Assembly (NCBI GenBank): GCA_041497195.1
Contig: JBGQGB010000001.1
Location: 9,904-73,903 of the forward strand
Direction: 5' to 3'
Length of the DNA: 64,000 bases
Source of the DNA: Candidatus Doudnabacteria bacterium
GTDB taxonomy: Bacteria > Patescibacteriota > Doudnabacteria > UBA920 > 2-01-FULL-46-14
The position numbers and the translations under genes are program-made. Below are positions 56,332 through 64,000 of this stretch, in pieces. Within the stretch, counting starts at the first letter, position 1. Each line of letters starts with the position of its first letter. Below the pieces are notes generated by a model, which was not told where the DNA came from, did no database searches, and worked only from the letters and a program-made list of their open reading frames with translations.

Positions 56332-57303
56332 TCAGGCTGCCCCCTTGAAAACAAAATCTTTTTGTCGGTTTTCCGGCAACTCGTCTCTGTCACGAACCAA
56401 AAGCCAATCGAGCTCTCTTCTTGCGTGAGTGACTGCCGCACTCATTGCTCCCTTGACTCGTCCGCCGCACCGGCCAGCCGCGAGCTGTGTTTCTACGTAC
56501 CATAAGGCGTTCACAGCGCGTTGGTGTCGATCTGCAAACGGATCAGGAAACTTCAGCAACAATCCGGCGAGCTCACTGGAGAGTTGTTGACTCTTTTGTT
56601 TAATCGCCTCAGGAGAACGGGCCGTTTTGAGCTCCCGCTCAGCCCGCTCGGGGAAGCTTTGAAACGTCTTGAAAAATTCCTGAGCGTACCATACATAATG
56701 CTCCCAAATGAGCCCGAGCAACTGCTTGCGATTCTGGATATGGGGTATCTGCCCGAGAATGCGTCGAGTTTCACGGTCCAGAAGCGGCTGCAAGCGCTGG
56801 ACAATCGTGCAACACGCAGCGCCCCAATTGCCGTCTTCTAGAAGCTCCAGGACCCCTTTCTTGACGAGGTACTCGCCATCCCCCAACTGACTCTTGATTT
56901 CGTACTGATTTGCTGTTCTTACACCGACGAGTTTGGCGAGAAGAATAAGCAATCTCGACTCCCCATCGCTGAGCTTCTCTTGCCAACTCACCCGGTCCGA
57001 ACGGAGGAAGGCATGGAAAAAATCCAATTCTTCCCTCAGCTTTTGGGCAAAAAAAGCTTTTTCGAAGATCGACTGAATTGCGTGGTCGAACGACCGCAGT
57101 GCTTCCTGAAAGGTCACAAACCGCTGCCGAACTTGCCTGATCTGCAACACACCCTGCTTCCAGCTCGCGTGGTTCACCCAAATTCGAGTCTGGTACTTTG
57201 GAGTTGGATATGCTGCGATCGTAATTCCGACTGCCTGGGCTGCTTTCACCAAAGTGCGAATTTCATAATGTCTTCTCGGGTCAAAACCGAATGTGATATC
57301 CAT
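56332..57303 (-). CDS. Hypothetical protein (323 aa)
   Basis: Complete ORF with somewhat higher GC than its neighbours. No motif recognised. Confidence 0.45.
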   Translation of the reverse strand: MDITFGFDPRRHYEIRTLVKAAQAVGITIAAYPTPKYQTRIWVNHASWKQGVLQIRQVRQRFVTFQEALRSFDHAIQSIFEKAFFAQKLREELDFFHAFLRSDRVSWQEKLSDGESRLLILLAKLVGVRTANQYEIKSQLGDGEYLVKKGVLELLEDGNWGAACCTIVQRLQPLLDRETRRILGQIPHIQNRKQLLGLIWEHYVWYAQEFFKTFQSFPERAERELKTARSPEAIKQKSQQLSSELAGLLLKFPDPFADRHQRAVNALWYVETQLAAGRCGGRVKGAMSAAVTHARRELDWLLVRDRDELPENRQKDFVFKGAA

Positions 57304-57751
57304 GATTACCCCCTTGTAGTTGTGCCACTTATCCTAGCACAAAAAGAAAAAAGGATAAAGTGCAAGCACTAAATCCTTTCTTCAAGGTGGAGAATATCCC
57401 TTCAAACCGGCCCAAATGTCTTATCCGTGTCTGCCCGAGTCGCCCCGAGTGACTTTCAGCGTCGACTCCATACTACTTTTTTAGGGTAGTCGACCGACTG
57501 CATTTCTGCAATCATTCAATTCCGGCTGTAAAAGAGGTATGCCCCACGAAGTTATTTTACAACACGCTTCTAAACAGTCAATCGAAATTCTTTTGGCTTA
57601 AATCAAGGCACAAAAACTACGATGTTAATAACTTGTTTATAAAATGTTTTTATCACGTGGATTGATACCTCTGTTTTGCTCTGTTTGGCTTCTCGAACAA
57701 TCGCTCGACTTTATCAATCTCCTAAACCTGGCTCAATCTCGACGTTGTCCA

Positions 57752-58348
57752 TTATTTTTTTATCACCGAAAATTCCCATAAACCTCCGCCCTCTTTTGTA
57801 TGACGATCCATAGCCGTTTTGAGTTTACGAAGACTTACAATCCTCCATTTCGGTTGACTAGGAGAGGGGTCAACCAATCTTATCTTACTACCTGAGTTCA
57901 GGCGGTCAAAAACACAAACGTGACCTGAACCGAACTTCTTTTTTTCGTTCAACAGTACGCCATGATCAAAAGCGACAAGAATATCCCGGTTTCCTTTTTC
58001 TGCTTTCCGCAAAAAACCATTAAGACCTTTGAGAGTGAACTCATTTATTGGGTGAAAAATCGTCTTAAGGGGAATGCCTAGCTTTGGAAAAACACGATTC
58101 GGATTGAACTGCTCATCATACATTTTGGTGCCGTAACCAGAAGGAGGCCTTTTACCTACACGAGGATTCCAAAACAATTTTCTGTACTGGCCATCAATTG
58201 TAAGTCCCAAATTATAACCGAGCAGCTCCTGAGAAATCAAAGGCAGTTTGTGTCGATACATTATCATTGATATGCATGCCGGCACGCAACATGATTTCTG
58301 CTGCACTATGGGCAGATAACGACTATCTGAAGGAATAATATCTTTCAT
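57752..58348 (-). CDS. Papain-fold (peptidase C39-like) cysteine peptidase domain protein
   Basis: VQQKSCCVPACISMIMYRH resembles the C39 Q...CGxAxLxMxL motif, with a downstream GSGHVCVFD (His). Start set to MKDIIPS, adjacent to the mrdA stop. Confidence 0.45.
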   Translation of the reverse strand: MKDIIPSDSRYLPIVQQKSCCVPACISMIMYRHKLPLISQELLGYNLGLTIDGQYRKLFWNPRVGKRPPSGYGTKMYDEQFNPNRVFPKLGIPLKTIFHPINEFTLKGLNGFLRKAEKGNRDILVAFDHGVLLNEKKKFGSGHVCVFDRLNSGSKIRLVDPSPSQPKWRIVSLRKLKTAMDRHTKEGGGLWEFSVIKK

Positions 58349-58349
58349 G

Positions 58350-60326
58350 TTATTTATTATACCGATTCTTTGCCCACCAATCGAGGACTTGGCGTACGAC
58401 TGGAACTGCATTGATGCCGCCCTCTCCCCCGTCCTCGATCAAAACGACAATCGCAATCTGGGGATTGTCGTATGGTGCGAATGCGGAAAACCAAGCATGG
58501 GTGCGGCTCAAATCCCGACTGTCAAACTGTGCCGTGCCGGTCTTGGCCGCGACCTCGATTGATAAAGTGTTGAGAGACTTGGCTGTGCCGCCCGTCACTG
58601 CCTCGCGCATCCCCTCGCGCGCGATTTGCAGATTTTGCGCATCGATTGGGACAGTGCCCAAAACCTGCGGCTCAAACTGTTTGACCAGCTTGCCCTGATT
58701 GTCAGTGATATGGTCCACCAAATATGGCTGGTAAATTTTCCCGCCATTGGCAATGGTAGAAATCCACGAGAGAAGCTGCAAAGGAGTCACGAGCAAATCC
58801 CCTTGCCCGATAGAAACGTGATAAGTATCACCCAGGTACCATTTGGCCGCCAAAGGGTCATTCGGGAATCGCGCGGCTTTCCAAGCCGGAGTCGGCACCA
58901 GCCCGCCCGCTTCGCCCGGTAAATCTATGCCCAAAGGAGAGCCGAGATGATAATCCTTGAAATACTGGTCCAGACGGTCAATACCCATCCCCTGGAGTCC
59001 GGCGGGAGTGTATCCTCCCCCGACCATGTAGAAAAATATATCCGAGGAAACCGCAATTGCCCGACGGACATCCACCGGCCCCAACCCACTGTGATTGTAG
59101 CCGTAAAAAAGCGAATCAGGCCCGCCATAAACGTTGCGAATCCGAAGAAAACCACTGTCATCGAGCACTGTCTGAGGGGTGATGACGCTCTCCTGCAAGG
59201 CAGCGGACGCGATCATCGGCTTGACGGTTGAACCGGGCGGATAAGTTCCCTGGATAGCCCGATTGAACAAAGGCTGATTTTTATTCGCCGTCAAACTCGC
59301 ATAATCTTTCACATCAATTCCGCCGGCAAAAAGATTATTGTCAAAACTCGGCAAACTTACGTACGCCAGGACCTTTCCATTTTGCGGATTGACCGCAATA
59401 GCGGCGGCACGGGTTTTGTTGATAGTTTTCAGGCGCCCGGAAAGTGCAGTAAAAAGCTCTTGCTGCAGGACGTCATCAAGATTCAAGTGGAGATTATCCC
59501 CCGGCTGGGCGGGGATTTCCCCGAAGACCTGCTGCACGACGCCTCGTGCGTCCACCTGCACTTGCTGCTGTCCGAATTTTCCACGAAGATAGTCTTCATA
59601 GGTTTGCTCGAGCCCGGTTTTGCCCAAAAAATCGTTGTATAAATATCCCTGGCTGGATTTCGCATCGTATTCGTCGGCACTAATTTTGCCGACATAACCG
59701 ACAGCGTGCGCATATGCCTCCGGAGTTTTGTAATCGCGAATCGGCGCGTTGATGACTTGAAAACCAGGCAGGGAGCTCTCCCGTTCCTGAAAAATCAACG
59801 CTTGGTCCCTAGTCAAATTCGATTTGACCAAAATGGATTGATAAATCGCGGCGTGCTGACCTGAAATTTCTGATTCAATCTCGCTTGGGTCAATTTGCAA
59901 AATCTCCGCGACGTTTCCGACGACACTTCTGAGCTGCCCGGGATCTTGGGGCAAATCTAGCGGGCTCGCAACTAGCTCAAAACTCGGTTTGTTGGCGGCA
60001 ATGATCAGGTCGTGCGAGTCGTAAATCGCTCCTCGGGGTGCCGAAAAATATTCGATACGCAAACGATTGCCGCGGGCAATCTCCAAATAATAATCGTGTT
60101 TGGTCACGGTCAGATAGTAGAGACGGCCTATGACCAAACCAAAAATCGCAACAACCAAAAAAATAATCAAGCCAAAACGGGATTTTGAGTCCTGCTCCCG
60201 CTCCAACACGCCGCGAGAATTGACATCAGCAAGACTCTCCTCGAAAGAAATTGATTCGTGTTTTTCTTGAACTAGCCAATCCTCGGAATCAATCCCATTT
60301 TTTAAGTGAAACGGGTTTCTCATCAA
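58350..60326 (-). CDS. mrdA: Penicillin-binding protein 2 (elongasome transpeptidase)
   Basis: N-terminal TM. SxxK PPGSTVKP, KTG in AAKTGTAQ, and a PBP dimerisation domain. Confidence 0.9.
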   Translation of the reverse strand: MMRNPFHLKNGIDSEDWLVQEKHESISFEESLADVNSRGVLEREQDSKSRFGLIIFLVVAIFGLVIGRLYYLTVTKHDYYLEIARGNRLRIEYFSAPRGAIYDSHDLIIAANKPSFELVASPLDLPQDPGQLRSVVGNVAEILQIDPSEIESEISGQHAAIYQSILVKSNLTRDQALIFQERESSLPGFQVINAPIRDYKTPEAYAHAVGYVGKISADEYDAKSSQGYLYNDFLGKTGLEQTYEDYLRGKFGQQQVQVDARGVVQQVFGEIPAQPGDNLHLNLDDVLQQELFTALSGRLKTINKTRAAAIAVNPQNGKVLAYVSLPSFDNNLFAGGIDVKDYASLTANKNQPLFNRAIQGTYPPGSTVKPMIASAALQESVITPQTVLDDSGFLRIRNVYGGPDSLFYGYNHSGLGPVDVRRAIAVSSDIFFYMVGGGYTPAGLQGMGIDRLDQYFKDYHLGSPLGIDLPGEAGGLVPTPAWKAARFPNDPLAAKWYLGDTYHVSIGQGDLLVTPLQLLSWISTIANGGKIYQPYLVDHITDNQGKLVKQFEPQVLGTVPIDAQNLQIAREGMREAVTGGTAKSLNTLSIEVAAKTGTAQFDSRDLSRTHAWFSAFAPYDNPQIAIVVLIEDGGEGGINAVPVVRQVLDWWAKNRYNK

Positions 60327-60459
60327 TTAATATAAATTTGTATATTTAATCATCCGATTTTTATTGGAGTAAGCTTTGCCTTATCCTTTCCTACCAGGAT
60401 TGCGTCAGGTGCGGGACTGTGATTCCGCTGTAGGGACCTAAGCGAACGGCTTTACTTGA

Positions 60460-60963
60460 TCATTTTGGCCAAAATTTGAAAAAGAAACGGATTGGATAAA
60501 AAAGAAGAAGATTTGCTAGCGCTTGCCAAATAAGCTTCCAAGAATAAAGGGATGTGAGGGAAACAAACTGCTTTGTGTCGACTACGGCACCCAATGCATC
60601 ATAAACAAAAATCCAAAAATTAAACAACGCAGTCGCGGCGACAACAAAACCTATCGCGGTAGGTACGGAAATTTCCTGAGCCGTCAATTTTCGAGTCGCA
60701 AAATAGACAAAAACGGCCGTCAAGACAAAGCCAAAAATCTGAGCCCCAAAAAACTGCGCCGAAAACAACTCCTGTAAAAAACCTGTCAAAAAGGCAAACC
60801 ACAAGGTTTCCGGGAAAGACGCTTTCAAAGCCATGACTATCACAAACAACAAGGTCAATTGAGGCACAAAATCAACGTGTGCTGTCCAAACTCGTACCGC
60901 AGAGGCTTCAACGAGGAACAGCAAAAATGAAAACAAAAAGAAATAAAGATAACGTTTTGTCAT
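60460..60963 (-). CDS. mreD: Rod shape-determining protein MreD
   Basis: Polytopic membrane protein of about 165 aa directly downstream of mreC and overlapping it by 4 nt. Confidence 0.6.
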   Translation of the reverse strand: MTKRYLYFFLFSFLLFLVEASAVRVWTAHVDFVPQLTLLFVIVMALKASFPETLWFAFLTGFLQELFSAQFFGAQIFGFVLTAVFVYFATRKLTAQEISVPTAIGFVVAATALFNFWIFVYDALGAVVDTKQFVSLTSLYSWKLIWQALANLLLFYPIRFFFKFWPK

Positions 60964-61751
60964 TTTTTTATTACAAATACAAACCGCAGGGAGTGAAAAT
61001 CTGTAGCCGGCAAAATACTGGCCCTCTGAAAGAGTTCGGACTGACTGGAGAGAATTTTTCCTACTTGACCGATTAGTAAATTTTTCGGAAATTGACCGCC
61101 CAGACCCGAGGTCGTGACTCTGTCTCCGCTCTGGATGATATCGTTTTGGGAAACGAGATCAAGTATTAGACCGAGCCCGTGTTCCCCCCGCGCAACACCC
61201 GTCGCTCCCCCCGACACATCCTCGGCATTTACCACGACGCCTGAGGCGGTTAAAAGGTCCAACTGGCTGGTATTGTCGAAAGTCTTACTGACTACCCCGA
61301 CCAGCACATTTCCCGGGGTCACCACCGCGGCTCCTTGTACTACACCTTGATTGCTGCCGCGGTTGAGGGTGACTTCCTGATCAACACCTTGGGGATCAAA
61401 ACCTATGATTTCTGCCGGCACCAGCGGCCGCTGACTCTCTGTCTGAAAACCCAAGGCATCGCGCAGAAATTGGTTTTCGTCTTTATCTTTTTCTGCAACC
61501 GCCAGATCAGCGGATAATTTTTGTACCTGCTCTGTCAAGATTTCATTTTGGATCGCCAACTGCCTCAGGTTGACCAAAATATCGAAAAAACTTTTGGTTT
61601 TATCGAAAACTGTAACCAGAGGAAAACTCAAAACCTCGGCTGCCAAACGACCCCAATCCAAAACAGGATTAATGACCTGGGAGACGCTTAAAAAAACAAG
61701 CCCAGCCAGTAACAGCGCGGCGATTATGATATGAATCAAGAAACGTGGCAT
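60960..61751 (-). CDS. mreC: Rod shape-determining protein MreC
   Basis: N-terminal TM, a coiled coil, then a beta-rich domain. Confidence 0.8.
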   Translation of the reverse strand: MPRFLIHIIIAALLLAGLVFLSVSQVINPVLDWGRLAAEVLSFPLVTVFDKTKSFFDILVNLRQLAIQNEILTEQVQKLSADLAVAEKDKDENQFLRDALGFQTESQRPLVPAEIIGFDPQGVDQEVTLNRGSNQGVVQGAAVVTPGNVLVGVVSKTFDNTSQLDLLTASGVVVNAEDVSGGATGVARGEHGLGLILDLVSQNDIIQSGDRVTTSGLGGQFPKNLLIGQVGKILSSQSELFQRASILPATDFHSLRFVFVIKK

Positions 61752-61880
61752 CTATCGTAAGGGGTCGCCACTCTCCCGAAGAAATCAAACCTTCGAGCAG
61801 CAGGAGACATTGTGCGCCTTTTTCCAAAACGGGAGCGACGGAAACTGAAGTGATAACTCCAGAGATGGAATTTTAATAAT

Positions 61881-62939
61881 TTATCTGGGTATTTGTTCAA
61901 ATTCAGTCAGTACCAGTACCTCGCGCAAAGTTTCCAAGTCTTCCAACACAACACCGGTCCCTCGCACTACAGTGGTCAGAGGATCGTCTGCGACCTGCAC
62001 CGGAATTTGCGTTTCCCGGTTCAAAAGCTGTTCAATGCCTCGCAACAGGGCTCCGCCACCGGCCAGCACAATCCCCCGCTGCATAATGTCGGCAACCAAC
62101 TCGGGCGGCGTTTCTTCGATAGCCTGCCGGACGGAATTGACAATTGTACGCACCGAGCGGGACAGGGCGATGCGAATTTGCTCGTCGTTGACGGAGACCT
62201 CTTTCGGCAGGCCAGTCACCAAATCCCGTCCCCGCATCTTGGTCTCGATTCGCTCTTTCAAAGGATAAGCGGATCCGATTCTGATTTTCACTTCTTCGGC
62301 GGTGCGCTCACCCAACAGCAAATTGAATTCATCTCTGGCAAACTGGATGATATTCTCGTTCATCTCGTCCCCCGCAATGCGAATACTTTTTGAAACGACA
62401 ATGCCACCGAGCGAAATCACGGCGATTTCCGTCGTGCCTCCGCCGATATCTACTATCATCGAACCGGATGGATCCTGCACTGGCAAACGCGCGCCAATCG
62501 CCGCAGCCATTGGTTCTTCAATAAGAAACGCTATTCTGGCGCCGGCATTGAGGGTCGCGTCCTGGACCGCGCGCTTTTCCACTTCAGTCACTCCGGAAGG
62601 AATCCCGATGACCACGCGCGGCCGCGACAAAAAATTGAAAACCTGCTGGTGGACCTTGTCAATAAAATACCGAAGCATCTGCTCAGTCACTTCAAAATCC
62701 GAAATCACCCCATCAGTCAAAGGCCTGGTCGCCACGATATGAGCAGGGGTCCGGCCGACCATGCGTTTGGCTTCATTGCCGATAGCCAAAATCTGCTTGG
62801 TTTTCGTGTTGATAGCTACGACCGACGGCTCATTGATGACAATGCCTTTACCCCGAACATAAACAAGCGTGTTGGCCGTGCCGAGGTCGATTCCAATGTC
62901 TTTGGAAAATTTACCGAAAATTTTGTCGCTTAAAGCCAT
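61881..62939 (-). CDS. mreB: Rod shape-determining protein MreB
   Basis: IGIDLGTANTLVYV, actin-fold phosphate-binding motifs (DIGGGTTE). Confidence 0.95.
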   Translation of the reverse strand: MALSDKIFGKFSKDIGIDLGTANTLVYVRGKGIVINEPSVVAINTKTKQILAIGNEAKRMVGRTPAHIVATRPLTDGVISDFEVTEQMLRYFIDKVHQQVFNFLSRPRVVIGIPSGVTEVEKRAVQDATLNAGARIAFLIEEPMAAAIGARLPVQDPSGSMIVDIGGGTTEIAVISLGGIVVSKSIRIAGDEMNENIIQFARDEFNLLLGERTAEEVKIRIGSAYPLKERIETKMRGRDLVTGLPKEVSVNDEQIRIALSRSVRTIVNSVRQAIEETPPELVADIMQRGIVLAGGGALLRGIEQLLNRETQIPVQVADDPLTTVVRGTGVVLEDLETLREVLVLTEFEQIPR

Positions 62940-62950
62940 TTGGTATCCTG

Positions 62951-63000
62951 AATAAAAAAGACAAAGTAATCCGCGCGTTTTTTACTTTGTCCTTTGTTTT
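62951..63000 (-). terminator. Rho-independent terminator after proS
   Basis: gacaaagtaa-12 nt-ttactttgtc hairpin, followed on the minus strand by a T-run. Confidence 0.55.
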
Positions 63001-63070
63001 AGTGTTTTTTGAATTCAAACCCTGCCTTTGTTACTTCATACTACCTGAATACTTGATATACGTAAAGACA

Positions 63071-64000
63071 TCAATATGCCTGACCAAAAAGCCAGCGGTG
63101 TTTAGCCGGTTTTTGGCAATACACGCATTTCCCGCGCTGCTCGATGGCATCTAGCGGTAAACATCTTGCGGTCGCTTTGGTCTCCTCTTTGATTTTTTGT
63201 TCACATTTCGGGTCCTCGCACCAAAAGGCGGAAACAAAACCGCGTTTTGTCGCAATAATATCTTTAAATTCCTCATAGCTATTGGCTTCCCTGGTATTTT
63301 CCTTGAGAAAGGTTTCAGCTTGCAAATAGAGGCCGCTCTGAATTTCCTCGAGAATCTCAGGTATGCGCTGTTCGGCTTTATCGAAACTCAAGACGGATTT
63401 CTCAGATGTATCTCTCCGGACCGCGGTAACAGAATCCTTTTCTATCTCTTTCGGTCCGACCTCCAGCCTCAAGGGAATTCCCTTGAGTTCCCACGTGTTT
63501 ATCTTCGAGCCTAAAGTTTCTTTGTCCGAATCATCGACTTTGGCTCGGATGCCTTTTTTGCTCAGCATCGCAGCGACTTTTTGAGCGAATACTAGAATCT
63601 CTTTTTCCGCCCTCACTGGCAGGATGATGACCTGAATAGGCGCCAAGCGAGGCGGCAATCGCAAACCGGCGTCATCCCCGTGCAGCATGATGAGGCCCCC
63701 TATTGATCGCGTGGAGAGTCCCCAGCTGGTCTGCCAAGCATATTCAGACCCCCCCGCCTTCGTCTGGAACTTGATGTCAAAAGTACGGGAAAAATTTTGA
63801 CCTAAATCATGGGCAGTGGCATTTTGCAGGACCTTACCCTCGGGCATCAAAGATTCGTAAGACACTGTCACGTCAGCTCCAGCAAATTTTTCGGCTTCAG
63901 ATTTCCTGCCTAAATATCCCGGGATGCCAAAAAACTTTTCGTATATTTCTGCATACAAATCTTTGGCAGCCCACAAAACCATTTCCCAAGCCTCGCCATG
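63071..64000 (-). CDS. proS: Prolyl-tRNA synthetase, archaeal/eukaryotic type, C-terminal part (gene continues past window end)
   Basis: The reading frame stays open to position 64000. Class II catalytic core remnants, an anticodon-binding domain, and a C-terminal Zn-binding tail CEDPKCEQ...CVYCQKP typical of archaeal-type ProRS. Confidence 0.85.
   Translation of the reverse strand, partial: HGEAWEMVLWAAKDLYAEIYEKFFGIPGYLGRKSEAEKFAGADVTVSYESLMPEGKVLQNATAHDLGQNFSRTFDIKFQTKAGGSEYAWQTSWGLSTRSIGGLIMLHGDDAGLRLPPRLAPIQVIILPVRAEKEILVFAQKVAAMLSKKGIRAKVDDSDKETLGSKINTWELKGIPLRLEVGPKEIEKDSVTAVRRDTSEKSVLSFDKAEQRIPEILEEIQSGLYLQAETFLKENTREANSYEEFKDIIATKRGFVSAFWCEDPKCEQKIKEETKATARCLPLDAIEQRGKCVYCQKPAKHRWLFGQAY

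Noticed and set aside
1-64000. CRISPR arrays, transposases, integrases, rRNA and tRNA genes
   Set aside because: No regularly spaced direct repeats, no transposase, integrase or recombinase motifs, and no rRNA- or tRNA-like sequences were seen. The internal repeats that do exist are protein-coding module repeats.

Overview
This 64-kb window reads as dense, mostly minus-strand bacterial DNA with standard-code ORFs. Its gene content fits a small-genome, monoderm (Gram-positive-type) organism, perhaps CPR/Patescibacteria-like. That assignment is an inference from an archaeal/eukaryotic-type ProRS, a sortase with LPXTG proteins, many glycosyltransferases and frequent absence of RBS. Housekeeping genes dominate the flanks and centre: dnaX (5' partial), cysS, dnaB, recR, rplU, the murF-alr-ddl-ftsQ cluster, serS, rdgB, lysS, greA, folD, mreB-mreC-mreD-mrdA and a 3' partial proS. 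Between them sit four accessory regions. First, an orphan T4CP-like (TrwB/VirD4-family) ATPase preceded by three small acidic proteins. Second, a sortase-like gene whose catalytic Cys codon is Ser, next to two giant LPRTG surface proteins. Third, a higher-GC island (about 15.5-20.5 kb) carrying an S53 sedolisin-type peptidase and a roughly 2-kb ORF-free, hairpin-dense segment. Fourth, a large glycosylation locus (about 20.6-43.7 kb) with GT2, GT4, GT-C (ArnT/PMT-like), DegT and WecA genes, including a 1583-aa GT2-GT2-flippase-like-GT4 fusion protein. I found no CRISPR array, transposase, integrase, rRNA or tRNA. Coordinates follow the supplied ORF track, which includes stop codons. Several starts were moved to downstream Met codons where the upstream extension overlapped a neighbouring gene or ran through a promoter.
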